From the NCBI GenBank assembly GCA_918797485.1, contig CAKKNE010000004.1, positions 3,100,001 to 3,164,000 on the forward strand: 64,000 nt of DNA, written 5' to 3'. This DNA comes from Pelagomonas calceolata. Taxonomy: Eukaryota. The position numbers were made by a program, and so were the translations under genes. Of the stretch, positions 40,222 through 49,897 are shown piece after piece. The notes under the pieces are model-generated. The model saw nothing but the letters and a program-made list of their open reading frames with translations. It ran no database searches and was not told the origin of the DNA. Each line of letters starts with the position of its first letter. Positions within the stretch are counted from its first letter, which is position 1.

Positions 40222-41553
40222 ATGCTACTGCTAGGAGGCCGGTCCTTGTTGAGGTCACCCACGCTGCGGGTGGCGAGAGCACCGACGCTCCTGATGGCCG
40301 TCGCGGCGCGCGCGCTGTCGGCGCCGGCGCTGCCGCGGCCGCCGAGCATCAGCGCCGCCTTCGACAGCGGCAACATAGAAGTAAAAGACGTCGCCTGCGG
40401 CTCTGACGACGCCCACACGTTCACGCTGAAGATCCGCCCCGACGCGTACACGCACGGTACCGATAAAACGGCGCATTTCCAGTGGTTCCACTTCCGGGCC
40501 TCGGGCGTGCGAGGCAAGAAATGCACCTTCGTCCTGGAAAACGCCGGCGACGCATCTTACCCCGAGGGCTGGGAGGACTACAAGACCGTGGCGTCCTACG
40601 ACCGCTTGGACTGGTTTCGGATCGCCTCGACGGAGTACAAGGACGGGAAGCTGTCCTGGACGCTCGAGCCGGAGCGCGACTCCGTTTGGTTCTCGTATTT
40701 CGCTCCGTACTCGTGGGAGCGGCACGAGCGACTCGTGGCGGAGCTGAGCGGGCCGGGCCAGCTTGGTACACACACATCTATTGGCGAGACGCTGGAAGGC
40801 CGGCCGCTCGACTTGTTGACTTTTGGGGATGGACCTTTGACAATATGGGCGACGGCGCGCCAGCACCCCGGCGAGTCCATGGCCGAGTGGTGCGCCGAGG
40901 GTCTAGGTCGGTTCTTAAACAGCGTCGACGACCCGCTGGCGCGCGAGCTGCGGCGCGTCGCGACGGTGCGGCTCGTGCCAAACATGAACCCGGACGGGGC
41001 CGTCGCCGGCTATTTGAGGGTTAACGCGGCCGGCGCCAACCTAAACCGGGAGTGGGCGTCCGGCGTCTACGAGGGCTACGACGCGCCTTCATTGGAACGG
41101 TCGCCCGAGGTATTCTACACGCTCGCGGCGATGGACCAGTTGGGCATGGACGCACATGTGGATATTCACGGCGACGAGGCCATCGCCGCAAACTTCTTCG
41201 CGGGGACGGAAGGCATCCCCTCCTGGGACGAATCCTTGGCGGCGCAGCTGAAGGCTCTTTCCGACGCGTTCTTACGGCGCTCGCCAGATTTCCAGGTCGG
41301 TCTGGGCTACGACGTCGAGCCGCCGGGCGAGGGCAACATGGCGGTCGGGTCGAACGCGGTCGCCGAGCGCTACAACGCGTTGAGCGTCACGCTCGAGATG
41401 CCCTTCAAGGACACGTTGACGCCCGCCGAGGCGGCCGATCCCGTGCGCGGCTGGTCGCCGGGCCGCGCGAAGGCGTTCGGCGCGGCGCTCGGGGCCGCTT
41501 TACTCGATGCGGCGCCCACCGTTGCTGCTGCGCGCGGCAAGGAGCTGCACTAA
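40222..41553 (+). CDS. M14D cytosolic-carboxypeptidase-like (Nna1-like) zinc peptidase with organellar leader
   Basis: FDSGN, QWFHF, ARQHPGE, PNMNPDG, NLNREW, DIHGDE, TLEMPFKD. Confidence 0.88.
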   Translation: MLLLGGRSLLRSPTLRVARAPTLLMAVAARALSAPALPRPPSISAAFDSGNIEVKDVACGSDDAHTFTLKIRPDAYTHGTDKTAHFQWFHFRASGVRGKKCTFVLENAGDASYPEGWEDYKTVASYDRLDWFRIASTEYKDGKLSWTLEPERDSVWFSYFAPYSWERHERLVAELSGPGQLGTHTSIGETLEGRPLDLLTFGDGPLTIWATARQHPGESMAEWCAEGLGRFLNSVDDPLARELRRVATVRLVPNMNPDGAVAGYLRVNAAGANLNREWASGVYEGYDAPSLERSPEVFYTLAAMDQLGMDAHVDIHGDEAIAANFFAGTEGIPSWDESLAAQLKALSDAFLRRSPDFQVGLGYDVEPPGEGNMAVGSNAVAERYNALSVTLEMPFKDTLTPAEAADPVRGWSPGRAKAFGAALGAALLDAAPTVAAARGKELH

Positions 41554-41694
41554 CTTTATTTAACTGTGAAGTGTTTAAGGGTAGTGGACGAAATGTTCAC
41601 GGGCAGCGGCGCCCAGAGCGGGAATTAAGCTCTGAACTTCACTATTCGGGGGTCAGTCGGAGAGGTCTGTTTTCAAAAGCCATCCGCCTAGGCC

Positions 41695-41750
41695 TGTATA
41701 CATGTATACTATGTGTATGTATATATACACACACATATATATATATATAC
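41695..41750. repeat. TA/CA-rich microsatellite
   Basis: TGTATACATGTATACTATGTGTATGTATATATACACACACATATATATATATATAC. Confidence 0.85.
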
Positions 41751-43082
41751 GGATTCCTAGTATGTCGATACGCTAGATTGCTAAGTCTAAAATACACCAG
41801 CGCTTGACGCCGCCATCTACCATCCGAATAGTACATCATATCAACTCCAGCCCGGTTTTCATTCATAATCGACGGAACCGGAGCCGACGGCCCGCGCTCG
41901 GAGGGCGGGAAAAGAATTCTACTAGACAACTCTCGCGTTTATGTTCGTTTCCTTCCGTTTGTTAGTGGTAGAGTCCATTTAGGCCGGATAGACCCAGACC
42001 GAGGTATGTTAGATGACCCGTTAGAGCCGCGCGAAACGACGAATCCGCGCCCCCAATTTTTATTAAAGACGAGCCTAGATCCCAAACCTGCGAGTATCAG
42101 CGACGCCACCATCCAGATGGAACATAACGCCGTTGTTCTATTCACGATCGACCGACTTGCCCGTTCTCCGCGGGCGACGGTGCGTACGCGGGGCACCAGA
42201 AAGGTCCCAGACCCGTGAGTTGTGAAATAAATTTGCGTTTCAGGCGCTTCGGGTGTGGGACGGGCCAGATAACCGGCCTGAACACCTACTACATTGGATG
42301 AAAGGTCCCGTTTACAACTCGCGCCTCGTCGGTCTCCCGACCCCACCATCGGTCGAATTTGGGTGAATTACTTGAACCTGGCACCATCAGCCCGTGTACC
42401 ATCACCATGGATCATGACGCGATCATTTGTTTCATGATCGACCGACTTGCGCGCGGTCCAGATCAAGATGTTCACGTCCCGAGCGTGGGCAGCCCAAAGT
42501 ACCCTTCTCGCGGTGTAGATGCCATATACTTGTAATTGACTATCGATGGGGTAGTATGGGGTCCAACGAGATCGCTATTACGATTCCTGGGGCCCTAGAT
42601 AAATTAACGTTTTTTACGGGGACGGGGCGCCATCGGGCCCAAATTGCACACTTTTTTCGGGGGCAGATCGGCTCCTGGTGGCCTCTCGGGGTAGGTCTGG
42701 TAGTGGGTAGTCGCCTGCACCGCAAACGCCATCGATGCGGCGGCCTAGTGCTCTCGGAGAGCCCTGGAAGCAAACCATGGCCAAAAGATGGCTAAACCGA
42801 GTGGTCTGCTGAGAGAAATCGACCAAAAATGATTGAAGCGGCGGCGTATGCGGTGTAGGCGCGTGCACGTGTATAGTATCGACCCTAGGCGACCCCAGGG
42901 AGACCTCTTTGGCAGGGATTGACAGGATTCAGCCGGCGCGGCCGCCATACCCATGGTGAGGCCGTCGGCCGCGGATTAAAAAATAAATTTTTTCGGCCCC
43001 CAGTAAGTGTCCCATTGATCTCTTTGGACCAGTAGCGAACCGAACGGTACTCGAACGGCTGCATGTCGTTTCAAGTCCGCTT

Positions 43083-43108
43083 GCTAGTGTCTTTACAATA
43101 CCGCTAGC
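43083..43108 (+). promoter_or_regulatory. CTAG bipartite upstream motif (variant)
   Basis: GCTAGTGTCTTTAC-AATAC-CGCTAGC upstream of the helicase. Confidence 0.6.
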
Positions 43109-43285
43109 TAACAAGCGCTGTCAAATTGAGAGCGATAAATCGGCTGCAGGCGCCGCAGCGGTTGCATGCTTGGTCAGAGACGGTCTTGAACCACTGCTGC
43201 TCATCTATCCGTCGCAGCTCTTGCTCAACTAGACACCTTTGCTCAACTGGGGCTGCAGTGCAGCAGCACCACAACAACAAGAACC

Positions 43286-44995
43286 ATGGGCAAAAAAAAG
43301 CGCGTCCACCGCTTGATCGCGCCGGAAACGCGGCCCATCCCCGCCGAGGACCTCATGGGCCCGCCGAATAAAAAAAAGAAGATCCGTAAACAAATAGAGA
43401 AGCGCGCGAAGCGCGCCGCGAAGGAGGAGGCCAAGGCCCTCGCGCGGGCGCCGCGCATCCAGCGCTCGGCGCAGCCGCTCAACGCGCCGGACCACGTCGT
43501 CTCCAGTTTATGGAGCGGCCCGGGCAGTGTTGATGAAGCGACGAAGCTAAGAAGGAAGGCCCTCGGCGTCGTAGTAAGAGGGGCGGCCGCGCAGTGCCCG
43601 GCGCCTCTAGAAGATGACGTAAAGTGGGGCGATGCAAGACTGCCGCAGCCGCTCTGGCGGCGGGCCGGCGCGAAGCTGAACGACGCGACGTTCACGGCCG
43701 TGCAGCGCCAGGCCTGGCCCGCCGCGTTAGCCGGCTTGGACGTCCTGGCCGTGGCGCCGACGGGGTCCGGGAAGACGTTGGCGTACGTGCTGCCGGCGGT
43801 GGCCCGCTTAAGGAGGGAATCTTCCGTGGCCGTGGCGTTAGCTCCAACGCGCGAGCTCGCGAAGCAGGTGCTCGCGGCCGTGAAGCGAGCGTTACGGGGC
43901 GGCACCGAGACCGCTATTCTAGTCGCGGGCGGCGCCGGCGCGTCGTCGCGACCGGAGCAGGCCGATGCATTGCGGAGCGCGCATTTTGTGGTTGCGACGC
44001 CCGGCCGCCTCGCTGATTTAGCGTCCTCGAACCTGGCGCCGCGCTTGAACGACGCCTCAATACTAATCCTGGACGAGGCCGACCGCATGCTCCAGCTCGG
44101 CTTCGAGGAGCAATTGGACGCCGTCGCGGCGAGCGTGCCCGGGAAAAGGCAGACGTTGCTGTTCACGGCGACGTTCCCGGGCAAGCTGCGGGACGCGGCG
44201 GCGCGCTGGGTGCGATCGTTAACCGTGACGGTGCGCGTCAACGCGTCGAAGGGCGCCGCGGAGCTCGAGGCTTCTTCTAGCGTGCCCGCGCCGCCGCCCG
44301 TCGCCGCCGCTGACGCGGATGACGCCGCCGCGGCGGCGCCGCCGCCGCCGACGACGACGCTCGCCCGCGTCCCGCCGAACGTAGTACAAAGAGTCCACGT
44401 CTGCGCGCCGCACAAGCGGCCGCGGTTGTTGCTGCGGTTTTTGGAGAGAGTCAAGGCGAACGCGACGGGCCGGCAGCAAAAGCGCGTGCTGATCTTCGCG
44501 AACACGGCCCAGGCCTGCGGCGAGGTCGCCGAGTTAATACGGCGCCACGACGGCAAGGCCGTCGAGCTGCACGGCAAGCTGCGCCAGTCCGACCGCGACA
44601 AACATTTATTAGCGTTCAAGGCGGGCAAGACGCCCGTCCTCTGCGCGACGGACGTGGCGGGCCGCGGCCTGCACGTTCCGGGCCTCAAGGTCGTCGTCAA
44701 TTGGGACTTCCCGCCGTCGCTCGAGACGTACACGCACCGCGTGGGCCGCGCGGGCCGCGGCGGCGAGGCCGCCGAGGCCCTGTCGCTGTTCACGCGGAAC
44801 TTCGCGCCGCTGGCGCCCGCGCTCGTGGCACTGCTCGAGGGCTCGTCCCAGGCCGTCGACCCGCAGCTGCGCGAGTGCGCGACCAAGCGTGAGGCGCGGG
44901 TCGCGGCGCGCGCCGCCAACGACGATGCTGAGGAAGAGGAGGAAGGCGAGGACCTGTTCCTCGCGGCGATGAGGGCTGCGGGGGTTGTGGAGTAA
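43286..44995 (+). CDS. DEAD-box RNA helicase
   Basis: Q motif, APTGSGKT, PTRELA, TPGRL, LDEADRML, TAT (motif III variant), GRGL, HRVGRAGR. Confidence 0.92.
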   Translation: MGKKKRVHRLIAPETRPIPAEDLMGPPNKKKKIRKQIEKRAKRAAKEEAKALARAPRIQRSAQPLNAPDHVVSSLWSGPGSVDEATKLRRKALGVVVRGAAAQCPAPLEDDVKWGDARLPQPLWRRAGAKLNDATFTAVQRQAWPAALAGLDVLAVAPTGSGKTLAYVLPAVARLRRESSVAVALAPTRELAKQVLAAVKRALRGGTETAILVAGGAGASSRPEQADALRSAHFVVATPGRLADLASSNLAPRLNDASILILDEADRMLQLGFEEQLDAVAASVPGKRQTLLFTATFPGKLRDAAARWVRSLTVTVRVNASKGAAELEASSSVPAPPPVAAADADDAAAAAPPPPTTTLARVPPNVVQRVHVCAPHKRPRLLLRFLERVKANATGRQQKRVLIFANTAQACGEVAELIRRHDGKAVELHGKLRQSDRDKHLLAFKAGKTPVLCATDVAGRGLHVPGLKVVVNWDFPPSLETYTHRVGRAGRGGEAAEALSLFTRNFAPLAPALVALLEGSSQAVDPQLRECATKREARVAARAANDDAEEEEEGEDLFLAAMRAAGVVE

Positions 44996-45022
44996 GTGTA
45001 ATGTTAGCTCTAGAGTACACTA

Positions 45023-45230
45023 CTAAAGCTCGGCGCGGGATTCCGGCGCGCGGTGCAGACGGACGCCGTGTGCGCGCGGCGAGAAGGACTTCGCCGGTCG
45101 AGGCACCTTGAACATGTCGCGTCGCCGGGCCTCGAGTAGCAGCCCGACCGTCGTCCCGACCATCAGAGCGATCAGCACGGCCATCAAACCCCAGCCCTCC
45201 TTCGAACGATCGACGACGTAGGTACGGTTA
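45023..45230 (-). pseudogene. Orphan 3' exon encoding a TM helix and tail (no 5' part evident)
   Basis: High-GC3 frame NRTYVVDRSKEGWGLMAVLIALMVGTTVGLLLEARRR..EL*, preceded by a CAG acceptor at 45231. Confidence 0.4.
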
Positions 45231-45239
45231 CTGCGGCAG

Positions 45240-45608
45240 AGTTTTGTGGGTGTCGTGGAGTTGTACGACGAGTCGCTTTGTTTACTCAAATACAAGGAGA
45301 CTGGTAGATTACCGCGGAATTGCAGGTGCGAGCATTTTGAAAAACGAACAAACTCGCATTTAACGAAGCGCACCGCGCCCCACGCTCTGACGGATATCGC
45401 GCCGGCGACGCTCTCCCTTATAAGGAAGTACCTCGTGGCGCACGACACGCCCCTGTACAACCTCGCGCGGGAACGGTTACTGAAGGAGATCAAAGCGGTC
45501 GAGCGGGCCACGGGCGCGCGCCTGGGCAAGACGTGCGGCACTAATGGCGACGATGATGATGGAGATGATGACGCGACGCTCGTCCGGGCGCGGCCCGGTG
45601 GGAAGTAG
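45240..45608 (+). pseudogene. Orphan 3' exon resembling the C-terminus of a sulfotransferase-family protein
   Basis: FVGVVELYDESLCLL...HDTPLYNLARERL pattern; no in-frame ATG; CAG acceptor at 45239. Confidence 0.45.
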
Positions 45609-45999
45609 ACGGGCGTAATGATTCCTACATTATACATCCTTCCGCGGGAGGCGGCAGGCACTCCAGGACCGCCGACCAGTCCCGCAACTTTCTTTAGGCG
45701 GAAGATTCGTGCGCGAGGAGTCGGAGAGCGCGTATATCGCGTCGGCCGTCCCCACGGCGTCTATCACGATCCCCCAACCCGCACGCAGTGGCTCCATGTA
45801 TTTTTTGTATGCGGCCTAGCCTGTAAAGAGCGAAAGGAAGCAAGAACAGGTGTTTAGTAACCGCATTGATCGTCATAGATCACCGCGCGAACGTCTGCAA
45901 GAAATGGGCTGGCGACAAGGCCGACAAGGCTGCCAGCAAATAATGGGCAGCCTGAAGCCATAATTTGCAGATTTTGATCAACTGTCTTGTCGGGACTAG

Positions 46000-47088
46000 A
46001 TGATGATGCGAATCGCAGCCGCCCTGTTGCTCCTCGCCGCCGGCCGCAGCGATGCGGCAAACGGCACCACGCGCGTCCGCGGCCACGGCTTCTCCTTCGA
46101 CGCGACCGCAGTGCTCGAGCGGCGCGCGCTGCCGGTCAACGGCTCGTGGCGCGTCCGCCTCCACGCGCGCACGCGGCTCAAGAAGCCCACGCAGCTTACG
46201 GTGGTGGAATGCCGGAACGCGTCCGTGCCGCTCTACGCGGACAACATCTGGGGCTGCGGCCGGCGGTCGCCGGCGGCGCGGCAGTGGCAGCGCCGCGAGT
46301 GGATCCTGTGCGGCGCGAAGCCGCTGCCAAACGCCGTGGTCGTGCCGGGGCGCACGCACCTCGGCGTCGACTTGTTTTCGCCGACGTTCCAGCACGAGAT
46401 GATCAACGGCGTGCAGCAGCTCGCGGGCGTCTGGCCGCGCTTTGTGAATGATACGAAATCCCAGCTCCTTTGTCATGGCTTCACGTGCGCCCTGGCGAGA
46501 GCGGCGCTGAACTCGTCGCGGTTCATCGAGGGAAAAAAGTGCCGGCCCTACTTCTTTCCCGTGCTGGAGGTCGCGCTCGTGAGGGGAGATTTGTTGTGGC
46601 CCGGGGCCTACGACCCGTTCGCGGGCCCCTACACCGCGACACTCCTCGGGGGCGCACCGCCGGCACGGCAGCGCCGCACCGTCCTTTACGCTACGCGCAA
46701 CCACGACGCCTACCACGGCAAGCGCCTCGTCGTGAACGAGAGCGCGGTCGTCGCCGCGGTCTCGGCCGCTGCGGCGGCGGCGGACCTTGAATTCGTGCTG
46801 TTTCGGTTCGAGAACACGGAGGCGAGCGCGCGGGCATTTTCCGCCGCGGCCGTCGTCGTCGCGCCCCACGGCGGCGCATTGGCCAACCTCGTGCATTGCG
46901 CGCCCGGCACGGCCGTCGTGGAGATCGTGCCGGCACAGACCGTGCGGCTCTTCTACGCCGGGCTCTCGTACGCCCGGGGCCTCCGCTACTACGCGTTCGC
47001 GGCGCGCGAGTTCAGTTACAACGGCAACGTCGTCGTCGACGCCGAGGCGCTCGCTGACGTCGTGCGCGCGGCGGCGCGCGGGGATTAG
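46000..47088 (+). CDS. Glycosyltransferase family 61 (DUF563)
   Basis: Signal peptide; R..VNE, VVVAPHGGALANL..CAPGTAVVEI. Confidence 0.8.
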   Translation: MMMRIAAALLLLAAGRSDAANGTTRVRGHGFSFDATAVLERRALPVNGSWRVRLHARTRLKKPTQLTVVECRNASVPLYADNIWGCGRRSPAARQWQRREWILCGAKPLPNAVVVPGRTHLGVDLFSPTFQHEMINGVQQLAGVWPRFVNDTKSQLLCHGFTCALARAALNSSRFIEGKKCRPYFFPVLEVALVRGDLLWPGAYDPFAGPYTATLLGGAPPARQRRTVLYATRNHDAYHGKRLVVNESAVVAAVSAAAAAADLEFVLFRFENTEASARAFSAAAVVVAPHGGALANLVHCAPGTAVVEIVPAQTVRLFYAGLSYARGLRYYAFAAREFSYNGNVVVDAEALADVVRAAARGD

Positions 47089-47280
47089 GGGTAATTTGTG
47101 GTTGTTGTTACGCACGTGATAGCTCGGCCGCCCGGGCCCGGACGGCCCGGGCGACGCACGCGTCCATGACCGCTTAAGTACTCTGTCTCGCCCGTAGATC
47201 ATTTGACGCCCCGATCACGGCCCGAGCAATGAGACCAGTCGATGTTACGGTGCTAGGACTAGCAATGAGACATACGAGTT

Positions 47281-47303
47281 GCTAGCGACCTGTAAGACAC
47301 TAG
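47281..47303 (-). promoter_or_regulatory. CTAG bipartite upstream motif
   Basis: GCTAGCG-ACCT-GTAAGACACTAG upstream of ATG 47443. Confidence 0.65.
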
Positions 47304-47442
47304 GGATCCTGGAGCAGCATTGATTTGCTGACTGGCTGCTCTCTACGGCACAAAAAAGTGCTCATTGGTGGCTTCGGGCACGTCAAGACCATCCGTACTC
47401 AAGCACTGTAGCAACGACGCTGCCGCTCGGGCCGCAAACAAG

Positions 47443-48141
47443 ATGAACCAGGCCCATGCTCTCCGCATTGGCTTGCTCGTCGCGCTGACAAGCGCATGGC
47501 AACCCGCGCACACCGCGTACAAATCTCTTGCCGCGCCGCGAGCGTACAAATCCCTTGCACTGGCGCAACGGCGGAGGCCACAGCTGCTGCGCGCCGAGCC
47601 CGGCGACGAGCCACCGGCGTACGACCTCCTGGCCGACATCGAGCGGTTCAAGCAGGAGAAAGCGGCCGCGGACGCCGCGGCGGGCCTGCCCGCGGCGGCG
47701 CCGGCGGCGGCCGCGGCGGCGCCGCCGGCGGCCGCGGCGGCGCCGCCGGCGCCTCCGGCCATGGCCTTCGACCAGGCGCCGCCAGCGCGCGCGCCGACCG
47801 CCGAGGACAGACTCATCGCCGACGCGGCGCGCTTCCGCGAGCGCGGGACCGTCGTCGAGGCGGCGTCGGAGAACCCGGTGCAGGGCCTCATCAACGTGCT
47901 GGGCACAGTCCTCGGCTTTAACTTCGTCGTCATCGTGGGCTTGTTTCTTTGGTTCCTGTCGGGCGTCTTCTCGCTCTACGCGCTCGACAACGATACTATT
48001 ATTATCGCGGTGAAGGCGGCCTTCGACCCCTTCATCCTGCCGCTGCTGTCGACGCACATGGGTCTCACGTTCCTGTCGTACGGCCTCGAGAAGGCCTTCG
48101 GCGAGGGCGACCCGGAGGACGACGGGGGGTTTCGCTTGTAA
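47443..48141 (+). CDS. Hypothetical plastid-type membrane protein
   Basis: Signal plus transit-like leader, Ala/Pro linker, two C-terminal TM segments. Confidence 0.65.
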   Translation: MNQAHALRIGLLVALTSAWQPAHTAYKSLAAPRAYKSLALAQRRRPQLLRAEPGDEPPAYDLLADIERFKQEKAAADAAAGLPAAAPAAAAAAPPAAAAAPPAPPAMAFDQAPPARAPTAEDRLIADAARFRERGTVVEAASENPVQGLINVLGTVLGFNFVVIVGLFLWFLSGVFSLYALDNDTIIIAVKAAFDPFILPLLSTHMGLTFLSYGLEKAFGEGDPEDDGGFRL

Positions 48142-48160
48142 GGTATAGCACATATATAAT

Positions 48161-49576
48161 TTATTCCGCGAACGCGTACGCCCCGAACGCCGACGGCGTC
48201 GCGAGCTGCGGCGGCGAGGGAGGCGTCACCGTGACGGGCTCGGGCGGAGGGGACACGCGCGTCGTCGCCTTCTTCGCCGGCTTGAAGCTCAGCGTCTGCT
48301 GGCCCTTGGGCAGCTTGCGCTTCGCGTCGATCTTGGCGGCCGCGTCGACGGCCTTCTTCACGACGCTCGAGCAGCCCTTCGTCCCGAGGTCGTCCGCGGC
48401 GACCCACTCGACGTTGCTGTAGAGGGCCGGGTCGTCGACGTCGCAGCGCTGGACGTGGACGGCGTATCTGGTGGAAGTGATCGAGTGCGAGAGCGGCTTC
48501 TTCGCGCGGAGGCCTTTGGTGGTGGGCCCCAGGGCCCGCAGGGCATCGTCCAACCCTTGAACAATAGCATTCTCGTCGGGCTCGCCCTCGATGCGCGTCC
48601 CGGGCAGCTCCCACAGACCCTCGAGGCGGAACGGCGACTTAGAACGATCGGACTGAGGCGCCACGAGCGCCACTCTGTCGTTATGGCGCAGCACGACCAA
48701 ACAGACGGCGACCTTGACGGGCGGCGCCTTCTTGACGACGACGGGGTACTTGTCTACCACTTGCCCTTTGAAGGCCGCGCAGTGACCCCTCAAAGGACAA
48801 CCACCACAGGACGGCTTCTGCTTCGAGCAGGCCGTCGCCCCGAGCTCCATGAGCGCCTGGTTCACGGCGCCGGGGCGGTCACAACCGTCAGTCAAAGAAC
48901 CAGCCAACGACCACCAGACTTTCGCGGTCGGCTTCTCTCCACACATAGCTAATCGAGAGAACACGCGCACGACGTTCCCGTCGACGACGGGCGTCCGCTC
49001 TCCATACACGATCGACGAGATCGCCGCGGCCGTATACGGCCCGACGCCCTTGACCTTGAGCCACTGGTCCTTTGAGGTCGGCCACTCATTTGCTGATGCT
49101 AACTGCTTCGCACCCTCGAGCAAAAAGGCGCACCTTCTATAGTACCCCAGACCGCTCCACAGCGCCTTCACGTCCGATTCATCCGCTCGGGCCAAGCTCT
49201 CGACGGAGGGCCACCGTTCCATCCACCGGCGCCAGTACGGGTCGACCCTCGACACCTGCGTCTGCTGGAGCATGACCTCCGAGACCCAGACGCCGTAGGC
49301 CCAGGCCTTCTTGTCGTCGGCCGGCGTCTCGCGGCGCCAGGGCATGGCTCGATGGCCGGCGTCCCACCATTTTAACAAGTCTTGTCTCGCGGCGGCGCCG
49401 TCGGGTTTTACAATCGTGTCCTCGATGTCCTTGGGCATCGTTTTTCCGATTTGTATTGTTACTGGTTTTACCCTTGGAGGGTCTACGGGTCGTGGCCGTG
49501 CAGCGACGCGCCGTGCTGCCAAGGAAACCGATGCAGAGCGCGGGACGAGTGCGAGGGCTAGCGCACGCAGGCGCAT
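48161..49576 (-). CDS. MUTYH: Adenine DNA glycosylase MutY
   Basis: WVSEVMLQQT, WSGLGYY, GVGPYTA, VDGNV.RV, NQALMELGA, [4Fe-4S] CSKQKPSCGGCPLRGHC. Confidence 0.95.
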   Translation of the reverse strand: MRLRALALALVPRSASVSLAARRVAARPRPVDPPRVKPVTIQIGKTMPKDIEDTIVKPDGAAARQDLLKWWDAGHRAMPWRRETPADDKKAWAYGVWVSEVMLQQTQVSRVDPYWRRWMERWPSVESLARADESDVKALWSGLGYYRRCAFLLEGAKQLASANEWPTSKDQWLKVKGVGPYTAAAISSIVYGERTPVVDGNVVRVFSRLAMCGEKPTAKVWWSLAGSLTDGCDRPGAVNQALMELGATACSKQKPSCGGCPLRGHCAAFKGQVVDKYPVVVKKAPPVKVAVCLVVLRHNDRVALVAPQSDRSKSPFRLEGLWELPGTRIEGEPDENAIVQGLDDALRALGPTTKGLRAKKPLSHSITSTRYAVHVQRCDVDDPALYSNVEWVAADDLGTKGCSSVVKKAVDAAAKIDAKRKLPKGQQTLSFKPAKKATTRVSPPPEPVTVTPPSPPQLATPSAFGAYAFAE

Positions 49577-49687
49577 ACGCCGAGTCGCTCCGTCGGAGGG
49601 CGGGTATAAGGAGAAGCTGCAGGAGACTCGCCAACGCTTCTGCTGCTGCCAGGGCGTCGCGCAGCGCGGCCGCGTTCCACCAGGCCT

Positions 49688-49711
49688 GCTAGTGTCTTAC
49701 TGTACGCTAGC
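49688..49711 (+). promoter_or_regulatory. CTAG bipartite upstream motif
   Basis: GCTAGTGTCTTAC-TGTA-CGCTAGC between divergent genes. Confidence 0.65.
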
Positions 49712-49897
49712 CGCGACTCCAACGCAGAAAAAACGCGCGCGTGCGCTCACAGCTCGCGCGACTGCACTAATAGATTGCAGAAGGCACTCCCAAGGACAAC
49801 AGCTACGAGTCGCCATAGTTGCCGCACCCGTAAACAGGTCGACAACAGCTGTGGTCAGACAGCTGCCAACGCAGCCGTAAGCACGTCGAGTGGCAGG

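Noticed and set aside
41580..43034. Possible terminal inverted repeats around the gene-free island
   Set aside because: Only about 10 of 14 positions match and no TSD is visible; not enough to call element ends
43243..44919. Long antisense ORFs (for example 43243-44919, 49855-51084, 45880-47202, 36603-37742)
   Set aside because: Shadows of real genes on the opposite strand; high GC suppresses stop codons
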